Shown here piece after piece: positions 41,331 to 52,455 of a stretch of 64,000 nucleotides of DNA. The translations under genes were made by a program, and so were the position numbers. Origin of the DNA: Sphagnum compactum (Eukaryota); NCBI GenBank assembly GCA_965153455.1, contig OZ234494.1, forward strand, positions 496,001 to 560,000, read 5' to 3'. The stretch's first letter is position 1; the number at the start of each line of letters is the position of its first letter. The notes under the pieces are model-generated. The model made no database searches, had not been told where the DNA came from, and was given only the letters and a program-made list of their open reading frames with translations.

Positions 41331-42055
41331 CAAATCAGCAGTGAGCATCAAAGTTTGGCAAGAATTGCAAAAGTCATTAGTGTTTTTGTTGTTGTTGTTG
41401 TTGTTGTTTGGTGTGATGAGTTTGTTAGTATTGTTGTTGTCTGGGTTGATCTGTCCCTGAATGGGTTTTGGGGGGTTGGGGTGGGGGTGGGGGTGGTGGT
41501 TTATGTGGAAGAATGCATGAAGAAGGCATGAAGAAGGATGGTGGGTTTGAAGTTTGAATGTTGGTGATTTGCAATTTGTGGTTTGTAATATGTTTTCATT
41601 AGTCTTTGTGATGTGATTTTGTGTTTTAGGTAGTAGCTGGTTTTGGCTTTCTGTGTTTTGGGTTCAAATCATCTATCACCAAGAGCTTTGAGAGCACCAG
41701 AAGATTGCTTGAAGATGCAAGCAAAAACAAGAGCTGGTGGTGCAAAAGCTGGAGCTGATGATACCCTACCAACACCACCACCACCACCACCACCACCACA
41801 ACATGCAGCAGCAGCAGCAATAGCAGCAGCTAGAACCAATCCAGGTGTGTTTGATCTGTGGGAACTAAAGCTTATGGACAATGTTGGGGAGTTTTTTAGG
41901 GCGGATTTGCATTGTGGGTCTCAGTCTAGGTTACTGTTCTTCAATCCTGTAAGGACTCAGGAGCTATGTTGTTGGTGTGTAGCAGCAGAAGCAGCAGCAG
42001 CAGCAGCAGTAGTTCTCTTGTATGAAGTGTGTAATTATGGGATGGTGGGGAAAGC

Positions 42056-44817
42056 ATGGGGTCAGGAGGAAAAATGAGGGATGGTAGACCTCCACTGCCA
42101 GTTTCGGTGGGAGCCCAGATGAAGGAGGATGGGGATGGTGAAGCAGCAAATGGTGGGGATGATGGGGAAGCATCCGAAGCTGTGAAGAACCATTTGAAAC
42201 AACAGGTGTTGGCCTTAACAACACAGGTGGAAGAGGTGTGGGCTTTCATAAACCCTAACCCCCTTGTTGCTTGTTTTTCCCAGTTTGCACTTCTAGTCAT
42301 TTAACCTCCAGATTTGCAGTTCCAACAAATGAGAAGTAAAAGAGGCTAATGCCCTGTACCTTCAAGATTTGGATGTGGTGTGGGAAAGGAAAAACAGGGG
42401 GAGGGGTGAGGGATATAACTGGTGCAAGAAGAACTGACAAGTGAAGAAAAGCTGGTGAGGAAAAGCAGATTGAGAAGAATGTCAATGAAGTGAGCAAGAT
42501 GCGGAGTATGGTGCGCAAGAGCAAAGGCAAGGTAGCCACTGCTGCAGCTAAGGAAAAGGAGCGCGATAAAGGAGGTAGCTCTGCAGCAAACAAGAAACAA
42601 CAACAGGTGGAGGCAGAGCGTCGAGAGGCTGCACGGGTTAAGCGAATGCAGGAGCTAATGCGGCAAGTAGGCACTGTACTTAGGCAGGTAAACACTCTGA
42701 TACCCACATTATACCCATGCTCAAGCTTAGCATGCAAAACATCACGTTATTGACTAGAGTTGAATCCTGCACCCTGCAAATTGATAGTCAGTTTTGCTGG
42801 CTACAAGTGGAGCGTCAATGAGTACGAAATATGTGTGTGTGTGTGTGTGTGTGTGTATTAAATTAGGGTTTAAGGTTTAGGAGTTTGGTTAAAATGGGTG
42901 TTTGGGTTTCAAAGCTGATGTGGTCAGGGAAGAGAAATAAATCTGGCTGCCTGCAGATAACCCAACACAAATGGGCATGGCCATTTATGAAGCCCGTCGA
43001 TGTGAAGGGCCTTGGGTTACATGATTACCATGAGGTCAGTATGTTTAACATATCTCTCAGTACTTGATCCTGAAACACACTGATGAGTGTATCTTGGGTC
43101 ATAGGAAGATAGAGGTGCCAGCTCTCTGCATGTGATCACAGTGCGTTCAGAAGCCCATGTTGTTTTGCGGTGGATTAGGGTTCTTTCAGCAGCATGGGTT
43201 GTATCTAGATTTTCAGGTTTTTATGTTACACACCACCATTCAGAACTCCAGAAACCACCGAGATCTTTCATATCAACGTATCCTAACATCTCTAGTCACA
43301 ATGGAGCAGGTGGTGAAGCATCCGATGGATTTGGGGACAATACGGGACAGAATGGATGCAAAGGATGGGACAGGATACAAGCACATCCAAGAAATTTGTG
43401 ATGATGTGCGCCTGGTTTTCTCCAATGCAACAAGTTATAATCAGGATGGCTCAGATGTGCATACGATGGCCAAGACCCTCTCAGACAAGTTTGAAGAGAA
43501 ATGGAAGGCCCTTGTTGAACCCAAACTAGCTGAGGAGGTACTTCCATTCGTTACCAAGAAGCATTTGCACAGACTCCTTTGTATTGGAGTATTGGATACA
43601 GAGATGTACAGTCTTTCCTGTATCAGACAATTGCCACATTGTTGTGGGGAACAAATCTAACTATGTTGGTTGTTGGTTACTCGATTTGCAAATTGCTAGA
43701 CTAGTGAGTTTGATTCTAAACCCTAAATGTTTCATCAGGAAGCAAAGCGGAAACAGGAAGACAAAGAAGCACAGACAAAAGAAGACGCAGCCATACAGGC
43801 AGCAGATGAGGCAGCTGCTGAAAGGATGGCTGACGATTTTGCTTGCCAGGTGCAATACTGGTAGCAAGTCTGATGATATGGGAAGCTCTTGTGGTCAGGG
43901 ATCAACTCCTGACTCTTGTTTGGAACTGTGAACTTTTGTTTTTGGCCCCCAAAAGACTTTCCCTCAGAGACAAATTCCTGGTGTTGTAAAGATCTAACGT
44001 ACTGCACCTGCTGTTTGCAGCTAGAGGAACTGGACAAGAAATTGGAAGACCTGAAGCAACAAACTACTCCAAAGAACAGGTATGTGGGTCTGAAATTCAG
44101 CATGTTTTCTGTTGCTTCCAGGTTGTTTTGGGTTTCCGTTCAGCTTGTGTGTTTCTTCATGAATCTGGTGGTTTTGTTTTTGATTCGTGTTTTTTGTAAA
44201 GCAGTCGGGCAATGTCAATAGAGGAGAAGCGGCATTTGGGTCACAGCTTAGGACGCCTACCTCCAGACAATCTCAACCATGTCATCCAGATCATTGCTCA
44301 AAAGAATCCGGAGTTCAATGCAACTGCAGATGAAGTGGAAGTTGACATTGATGCTCAGGTTTTGTCCCCTCTTCTTCTCAGACATACGAATGTACATAAT
44401 CACACACAAAAAAAAAACTTAACACATCTCTCCAATCTTCCAGACATAATAAAGAAGAGTAGATGATAAACACGTGACCCAAATGTGTGACGCTTTGAGT
44501 AAACAGTTCACATGGTATTCTATGTGACTCTATCACAGAAATGTGTTACTAAATCCACAAATACAACTTGGAAATAAAACAGGAGATTGAATGCCACCAA
44601 GTTGGCACAATCGGGCAGAGTTATTTCAAGATGGGTTTTGCTATGGTTGCAGGATCCTGCAACTTTGTGGAGGCTCCACCGTTATGTGCAAGCTGTGTTG
44701 AGTCCAAGAACTACAAAAACTGTCACTCCCCGCACACCTTCTGGTAAGCGAGCAGCATCGTCACCAGCACACAAGAGTCCAAGCAAGCGGAGCAAAAGAG
44801 TGGTGTCACCACCTTGA
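42056..44817 (+). CDS. GTE1: Bromodomain + ET-domain transcription factor (GTE1/IMB1-GTE6 type), 8 exons
   Basis: Exons approx. 42056(or 42074)-42235, 42469-42687, 42957-43034, 43310-43538, 43739-43849, 44021-44079, 44205-44358, 44653-44817. Motifs: KRMQELMRQ..LRQ|ITQHKWAWPFMKPVDVKGLGLHDY, PMDLGTI, DVRLVFSNA, and ET domain MSIEEKRHLG..L..VIQIIAQ..EVEVDIDAQ|D..TLWRL. Confidence 0.9.
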
Positions 44818-45220
44818 CAGAAATTCATTTTTGTGGTTAACTGGATTGAAGACACTTCTCCTTACCATCACATCCACGCAACTTCTCTAGGTACAAACCC
44901 GCCATGATAATTTTCGAATATGTGAATATGATTCAGCATAGTTCCCAACAAAGCGTTTCTCTCAAGAGAAACGGATTTTGGATTCATAGTGATGCTCTCA
45001 ACATTTTTGGGTGTGTATTACATTTGCTTAATGTCATTTTGCAAAGTAGAGTTACCCAACTTCTTATACTAAGGAGATCTTGATTTGTATGAGAAGAGGC
45101 ACAAATGGGATCCATCAAATGGGTCAGGTGCGGGATATTTTGTGATGTCACTGGTTGTTGTTGGTGTTCTTCTTTGTGTGACCTTCAAGGTCAGGTGTGG
45201 GATTTTTGCAACTTCCCTGA

Positions 45221-45251
<31 letters not shown>

Positions 45252-46427
45252 GTGGGACCTTCATGACTTGCAGCAGCTCAACACGATGGTACCGTGTGGT
45301 GCGATGGATCCAGTCAACATTCACAATAGAATTGCAACAAACGAAGAAGAAACATGTGAAACAAAAAAAACATTTCCCTTTCTTTTGGGCCTTTCTGATG
45401 CATATAATCTCAACAGAAATTTTCTTGGACCTTGGACAATGTTTTCTTAGACCTTGGAAAAAAAACAAAATACCATGGTCCTGAAATATTGTACATTTGT
45501 AATTTTGTTCTGGTCAAAACGAAAGACAACTAGTTGCTCTCAAAAACTAGTGTGCTTTTCTAAATGAGCATGACCTTTTGATTCTGGGAATGGGTGGTTG
45601 TCAGGGTGCAAGTTAGAGTTGTGAAACGCCCCTTCACAATCTATCTCTCTCACGGATTGGGTAACAATATTTTTTTTTTCTCATCAATCACAAATTGTGA
45701 AGGTTTTTTGTTTGGTTTTGCTTTCCCCTCCTCTTGACTATCATTCACAGTCTGTGATCAGCCTATGATCATGATGATCTTGTTGTGCTCTTTACATTTT
45801 GTGTTCAAAAGATTAGTGTCGGAGATGTTTTTGAGTTTTTAACTAGGAATAAAAATGTTCATCTTTTAGTACTTTTTCTCACAATTCCTCACATGAAGAT
45901 AGGGTTTAAGGGTTTAGGGTTTTCAACCCTTCAAAACCCTAAACTTTATTTATAGCTTCAAAATAAGACATCAAGTTAGTACCCATATTCTGGAAAAATA
46001 AAATAAAATAAAATAAGTCCTCTTACAAATAATTTGAATTATTTTCATTCTTAAATTAATTGCTTTTGTACATTCAATGACAAATATTCATGCAATAATG
46101 TTCAAATAATGCATAATTATGTTTCCAAATATTTTACAAAAAATCATTAGAGTTTAATATAATGTTCAAATATACAATCCAAATGATTTTGCAATCTTTG
46201 AATTAATTTTTTTTTAATGATTTTTTTTTTTTTGGTTCAATTTGTCTCACCAAAATGCAAACCCCTGATTTTCTTTTTTTTAATTATTATAAATATATGG
46301 GAAATGAAAATGAAGATGAAAAAAAACCTTCCATCCATGGCCCATTGTCAAGCCATTGTGTAAGATAATTCATTCATCCCTCTTTTTTGTTTTTTAATTA
46401 ATTGATTGAAATTTTCAAAAAGCAGTC

Positions 46428-47037
46428 GATCCCTGACCATCCACTCTCCACCTTTCCGATCGCCGGGTTTCTGGGTTTGACGGACCGAGTAAACACCGGG
46501 TGTGCTAGGACCTTTTTGAAAGTCTAGATCGCGCATCCTGACCATCCGCTATTGACCTATCCGATCACCGGGTTCATGAGAGTAGTGGACCGAGTAAACA
46601 TCGGGTGCTGCGAATATTTTTTCCCTTCTAGATCGCACATCCTGACCGTCCGGGTGATTGCACCTATGCGATCACCGGGTTGCTGGGAGTAACGGACCGA
46701 GTAAACACCGGGTGCTGGGAACCTGTTGCCCTTCTAATTCGAGCATCCTGACCATCCGTCTTGCACCTATGCGATCACCGGGTCGCCGGGACTAACGGAC
46801 CGAGTAAACACCGGGTGCTAGGACTGTCTCTACCCTCTCTAGATCGCGCATCCTGACCGTCCGCTTTCCACCCATGCGATCACCGGGATCCTCCGGGACT
46901 GATGGACCGAGTAAACACCGGGTGCTAAACCTTTCTGGACTGCGCATCCTGACCATCCGCTTTCCACCTATGCGATCACCGGGTCCCCCCGGGACTGACT
47001 GACCGAGTAAACACCGGGCGTGACTTGACCTTCTAGA
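46428..47037. repeat. GC/CpG-rich array of six ~105-bp units with conserved blocks and variable linkers
   Basis: Units start at about 46431, 46534, 46638, 46744, 46849 and 46945. Conserved blocks: CATCCTGACCRTCCG, ACCTATGCGATCACCGGGT, GGACCGAGTAAACACCGGGTGCT, TCTAGATCGC. Confidence 0.93.
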
Positions 47038-47332
47038 AGTCCCGACGACGCGCAAACGTGCTCTCCTGCGGACCCTTCTTCGTCGCGGCTCTTCCTTGCA
47101 TTGTGCTGTTTTTTTTCGCGGATTTTTGTCGGAGATTTTCACGACTTGATCGTGCCCAAAATAGAAGCTGATTGCTACTTGGAATGCGAGTAAATTTAGG
47201 AGGAAAAAAAACCAAAAAAATTGTGTATGTTTGACTGGAAAGTATGCTGCAGTAGGAGAAGACTTGTTACGTAGTCTCTGAGAGACACAGAGAGAGAAGA
47301 ACAAACAGTTTGACGAAAAGGAAAACAGCATT

Positions 47333-47333
<1 letters not shown>

Positions 47334-47378
<45 letters not shown>
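47334..47378 (+). repeat. (GA)n microsatellite upstream of the BTB gene
   Basis: A pure GA run. Such runs are common in plant promoters and 5' UTRs. Confidence 0.85.
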
Positions 47379-47380
<2 letters not shown>

Positions 47381-47821
47381 CAGACTGATAGTCCAAGAAT
47401 TGGGTCGAAGAATCTTGAAGCTAATGTTGTCTTCTGATTGCGAAACTCCCTGAAACTAGGGTTTGAAGAAGGAGCTTTGTGAGCAAGCAAGCAAGAGGAG
47501 GATGTCGCTATTGTCCTTTGAGCAACAACGCATGAGAGTGACTGAATGGGAGCGAGAGTAAGCACTGGAGTTGAAGCTTGAAGATAAGATTGTCTGCTCC
47601 TGCGAGAAACTGAGGCTGACTAGAAGAAGTGGGTGTTGCTGAAGATTGGAGACCCGAGAGAAACTTAGGGTTTACAGTAGCGAACTCGGGCTGGTGAGGA
47701 TTGTAGATCTGGGAGCAGCTCAGACTGACAGCAGCAGGAGCAGCAGCAGGAAGAAGAGGTGGGTTTGAAAATTGGGTCGAGTCTAGAAAGGCTGAACAAA
47801 CACGAGAGAAGCTCAACAGCC

Positions 47822-49231
47822 ATGGTTGGTGCAATGAATACAAACAAGAAAGTGCAGATAGATGTGGGAGGTACACTCTTCACAACAACTCTAGATACGC
47901 TGCAACGCGCAGGGAAGGACTCGAAGCTCTACCGTCAAGCTTTGGGAAGAGGAGGAGGAGGAGGAGGAGATTCGCCAGCTGAAGAGGAAGATTGCTTCTT
48001 CGACAGAGATCCAGAAACCTTCAAGGTTTTGCTCAATCTGTTGAGGACGGGAGAAGTGAACACGGCGGGTTTCGATGGGTACACTCGCGACAAGGTGATC
48101 GAAGAAGCGACCTACTATGGCCTGCTGGAGAAGCTCAAGAACGCCATGGCACCTGCGCAGCTGAATGGACTGGACTTACAGAAGGCGAAAGCGGTGATTC
48201 CTAATGGAATCGACATCCCCACGGCTCTTGCAGCAACAGAAGATGGGTCTCTTTGGGTGGCGCATGGAAGCAAAATCACAGTCTACGACTGGGCACTGCG
48301 GAAACAGCAGACGACTCTGACGGAGTTCAGCTCTATCGAAATTCTGAACCGGATGTCGGATACGCTCGTCGCGGCAGGCGCTTCCGACATGCCGGGACTC
48401 CATATCTACGACCCCATCAACGGCATGCACAAGAAGAGTGTCATCTGGACAGACGCCGACGACCCGCGAGTGTACAATCCAGTGGTGCGTGCGATTGCAT
48501 CCAACGATTCCTCAGTGTTTGCAAGCTTCGAGAGCGGACAGAAACTCGACAACGCGTTGGCGATCATCGACAAAACAACGCTACAAATCACTCGGGAATT
48601 TGGACGACAAAACGGCGCCACAGCACATGCGAAAGCGAGCACTAAGCTCCAATGGCTTGCTTCTAAGAGCCTCCTCCTGGTCGCCTCTGTACAAGGAGGC
48701 TCGTTCGGGTATGCTGGCTACATGCGCCTGTGGGACATTCGATCCGAGAAGCTGGTATGGGATTGGAAAGAGCCCAATTTCCAAAGTGCGAGAGCCGTGG
48801 ATCATGAGATGTTTTCCGACATGACGGCCAACGAAGGCCTCAGAGCCATTTTCAAGGTGAGCATCTCCTCTGGTTCTGTCTCTATGGCGGATTTGCGGCA
48901 TCTGGATACCAAGGATCCTTGGATTCCGTTGCTAGATACTAACCCGGCGCTGGAGAAAGCCCCTGGCGGTGCGGACAACAAGCTCTGCACTTACAACAAG
49001 CAGTTGTATCTGAGTCGTGGTGCCGATGTCGAGGTTTGGTCTGAGATCCCCTTGGCTGAAAGCTTCAAAGATCCTGATGAGAAAGAGTATTGGGATACTT
49101 CCTTTCGAAGGAACTTGCTAGAGAACCGCCGCCATAGCGCTCAAGAAGTCACACAGATGGTCGCTGCTGCTGATCGCCTCTTCATCACTCGCAAGGACTT
49201 GCAGGGAGTGGAAGTCTGGGAAACTAGATAG
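47822..49231 (+). CDS. BTB/POZ (KCTD-like) protein with a C-terminal WD40/YVTN-like propeller, single exon
   Basis: KVQIDVGGTLFTTT..L, FFDRDPETFKVLLNLLRTG, EEATYYGL, WVAHGSKITVYDW, KLQWL, LWDIRS..VW, DRLFITRKDLQGVEVWET match the plant BTB-WD family. First ATG at 47822. Confidence 0.9.
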   Translation: MVGAMNTNKKVQIDVGGTLFTTTLDTLQRAGKDSKLYRQALGRGGGGGGDSPAEEEDCFFDRDPETFKVLLNLLRTGEVNTAGFDGYTRDKVIEEATYYGLLEKLKNAMAPAQLNGLDLQKAKAVIPNGIDIPTALAATEDGSLWVAHGSKITVYDWALRKQQTTLTEFSSIEILNRMSDTLVAAGASDMPGLHIYDPINGMHKKSVIWTDADDPRVYNPVVRAIASNDSSVFASFESGQKLDNALAIIDKTTLQITREFGRQNGATAHAKASTKLQWLASKSLLLVASVQGGSFGYAGYMRLWDIRSEKLVWDWKEPNFQSARAVDHEMFSDMTANEGLRAIFKVSISSGSVSMADLRHLDTKDPWIPLLDTNPALEKAPGGADNKLCTYNKQLYLSRGADVEVWSEIPLAESFKDPDEKEYWDTSFRRNLLENRRHSAQEVTQMVAAADRLFITRKDLQGVEVWETR

Positions 49232-49269
49232 AGAAGGCTACATGACTTCCATCCTGCTAATCCTCCCCA

Positions 49270-49486
49270 AACCCTGATTCCTAACCCTAAATCCTAAACT
49301 CTGAATGCAGTTAGTTAGTTTGTGGCTGTTTGTAAAAACCCTTGTCTCCACAAACTCTCTTCTCCCTCCCTCTCTTGTAAATTTTGTTGCTGTTTGTGAA
49401 ACCCTAAACCCTTCTAGGATCCCCTTGTCTCCCTTCCATCCATCTTTTGTTGCTGTTTGTAAAACCCTAAACCCTTCTTGAATCTC

Positions 49487-49525
<39 letters not shown>

Positions 49526-49970
49526 TATGTATTTTGTTGCTGTTTGTAACACCCTAAACCCTAAATCCTTCTAGAATCTCCTCCCTCCTCTCTCTCTCTC
49601 TCTCTCTCTCTCTCCTTTGCAATTTTTTTGCTGTTTGTAAAACCCTAAACCGTTCTAGAATCTCCTCCTTTCCTCTCTTGCATGTTTTCTTGATGTTTGT
49701 AAAACCCTAAACCCAAGTCCCTTCTTCTCCCAAAAATCTCCTCCTTCAATCCTTCCCTCTCCCTTCCTCCCATATTTGTTTGGTTTGGAAACTCTAAACC
49801 CTTCTTCTCCCAATCCCCAAGACTAAAATCTCCTCTTACGCACCACCCTCCCTCGCTATTCGTTGCTGTTTTAAAAACCCTAAACCCTAACCCTTTCTTT
49901 TCCCAAAAGCTCCTTTCTCTCCCTCTCTCACATATGTGTCGCTCTTTGTAACCCTTAAACCCCTAGACCC
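49270..49970. repeat. Degenerate repeats containing telo-box AAACCCTA and CT tracts
   Basis: About 8 copies of TTGCTGTTTGTAAAACCCTAAACCCTTCT-like motifs with CT-rich linkers, 3' of the BTB stop codon. Confidence 0.7.
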
Positions 49971-50869
49971 TTCTTTTGTAACATTCTTTGAATCAAAGAA
50001 GCAAAACTCCAACAAGTAAAACTGGATAAATTCTTCCATGCTCACAGCCTTCAAAATAGTAGTAGTTGTTGTTGTTGTTGTTGTTGTTGTTGTAGTGTGT
50101 TGTTGTGGAGTTTTTCTCCAATATTTCATACCTCGGAGATTTTTTTTTCCCTAGGTTTTATTATAATGTTTTCATAAAACCCTAAACCTTTTGCATAAGT
50201 TGTTTTCAAATTTTATTTTATTTTAATTTTTTCCTTGGACCTTTTGTTTGGGCCAAGAATATTAGGGTTGAAACAAAGAACACATTCTTCTTCTTTTCCA
50301 CTTTCAATGCCATTGTAAAATGCTTATCCAAATCTCTTCTTGTTTTGAATAGTGTGGTGTTGTTGTGGAGTTTTTGGTGATGTTGTGGAGTTTTTTTCCT
50401 CTTCAATCTCATAGATATGTATTCCGGGGAGAGCATGTCGGGTAAAGGGGCCATTGTGATGGCACCTCAAATTGGGGTTTAGCCATGGGTTTAGCCATTG
50501 GAACAATATAAACCCCATGTTTAACAAAAAAAACTTGACATAATTTGAATTTTTGCCACCTTAGATTTGTTAGGTGTCTTGGAGGGTATGGAAGAAGATT
50601 ATGCAATGTAATAATATGTTCCTACAAATATAAAAGAAATATTAGGTCAAAACCATAATATCCCAACAAGGTTCAACCCTTGAAATCAAAGAGCATAAAG
50701 CTTTGACCTAATAATTGAAATGCCACCCAAATCCTCTAACCTTAAATTTGGTGATTTCCTATCAAATCTCTTTCTTGAATAAAGCTAATTCCAACTTGAA
50801 ATGCAATGCCGTTCATTCATGGGTCTTAATTCTTTTTTGTTAAATAATTAGATATAATGAATGTGAGAA

Positions 50870-52455
50870 CATGGATGGAAGAAAAAGAACATAAGAAGCT
50901 ACAAGTTGAATTCTCACCCACTCACCAACCATGTGTTTATGTACAAGGATTTGGTGTAAAGTAAAACCCTAAAATTTTATTTGAAAGGATGGAAGAAAAA
51001 GAGCATAAGAAGCTACAAGTTGAACTCTCACCCACTCATTCAACATGTGGTTTATGTGTGGTTATGTGCAAGTGTGGTTAAAAGTAAAACCCTAAACTTT
51101 TATTTGAAAGGAAGGAAGAAAAAGAGCATAGAATAAGAAGCTACAAATTGAACTCTCACCCACTCGCCCACCATGTGTTTATGTACAAGTTTGGTTTAAA
51201 GTGAAACCCTAAAATTTCATTTGAGAGGAAGGAAGAAAAAGAGCATATGACAAGAAGCTACAAGTTGAAATCTCACCCACTCACCCACCATGTGTTATGA
51301 CGCGCTCCCAAGTCCCTACTTAGTCCCAAGTTGGACTAGGTTGGATCAAGTTGCGGAAAAAGGAGGGACTCGAGGCATGCTCCCAGCCTTCAGCATTAAA
51401 AGGGGTAGAGGGTCGTGTTGAAGCCTCGGGATGGACTAGGAAGAGTGACAAGCTTTTCACCTACTCAAATCTGCATCAAAACCAACACAAGTTGGTTAGA
51501 CCACTTTTTGGATCACTTTGGTGCTAGGACAAGCCACGGGCAACCTTGGATTCACTTGACTCACAACGGCCCGGACTTGGGGAAGCCACCACCTTCCCCC
51601 ATATAGTATTCTGTGCAGCTCTCTGCCAAGGCTACATCCGAATGGCACTTTTTCCCGGGACTCCCAAGGAGGAGTCCCGAAATTGTCCCGGTTTAGACTC
51701 CCAGGACTTTGGGAGCTCATATCTCCCGGCTCCGATTTCTGATTGGAGTGAGGTCTAGACCAAAGCTGTAGCTCTCCTCGAGATCTTTTCAACGGTGTGT
51801 CGCACTCCACCTGCACATACCGGGATCAAGTCGATTCTCGACTTTTAGTGGTCGGGAGTCAAACTGCCAGTTTGATTCCCGGCCCTTCGTTTGCCCATAA
51901 CTTATGCTGCAGATCTTCAAATGGCCCATGCGAGGCCATTTTAGATATCTACTCTTCAAGACCTTTCTAATGGTATAAATAACTCTTCAAGGCAAGGTGT
52001 TTTGACCCTTGCAATTGACTTCTGAGTTTTCAAGAGTCCCAGAGGACTTCAAGTCTCCAACTTTGGGAATGTGAGTTGCATCTTCACACTTTGCCCAAAG
52101 TGCGGTTGCGACATGTTATGTACAAGTTTGGTTTAAAGTGAAACCCTAAAATTTCATTTGAAAGGAAGGAAGAAAAAGAGCATATGATAAGAACCTACAA
52201 GTTGAACTCTCACCCACTCACCCACCATGTGTTATGTACAAGTTTGGTTTAAAGTGAAACCCTAAAATTTCATTTGAAAGGAAGGTAGAAAAAGAGCATA
52301 TGATAAGAACCTACAAGTTGAACTCTCACCCACTCACCCACCATGTGTTATGTACAAGTTTGGTTTAAAGTGAAACCCTAAAATTTCATTTGAAAGGAAG
52401 GAAGAAAAAGAGCATATGATAAGAAGCTTCAAGTTGAACTCTCACCCACCATGTT
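50870..52455. repeat. ~117-bp tandem array, about 7 copies, interrupted by a solo LTR
   Basis: GGAAGAAAAAGAGCATA..AGCTACAAGTTGAACTCTCACCCACTCACCCACCATGTGTTATGTACAAGTTTGGTTTAAAGTGAAACCCTAAAATTTCATTTG units lie on both sides of the insertion. Confidence 0.92.
51298..52113. mobile_element. Solo LTR (816 bp) with a 5-bp target-site duplication
   Basis: TGACGCG...GCGACA termini, with TGTTA duplicated at 51293-51297 and 52114-52118. Removing the element and one TGTTA restores an intact array unit. Confidence 0.92.

Noticed and set aside
46428-47037. CRISPR array, 5S rRNA/Cassandra or hammerhead interpretation
   Set aside because: Eukaryotic context, no cas genes, and several short linkers per unit rather than unique spacers. 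I see no 5S A/C boxes and no CTGATGA/GAAA hammerhead core.
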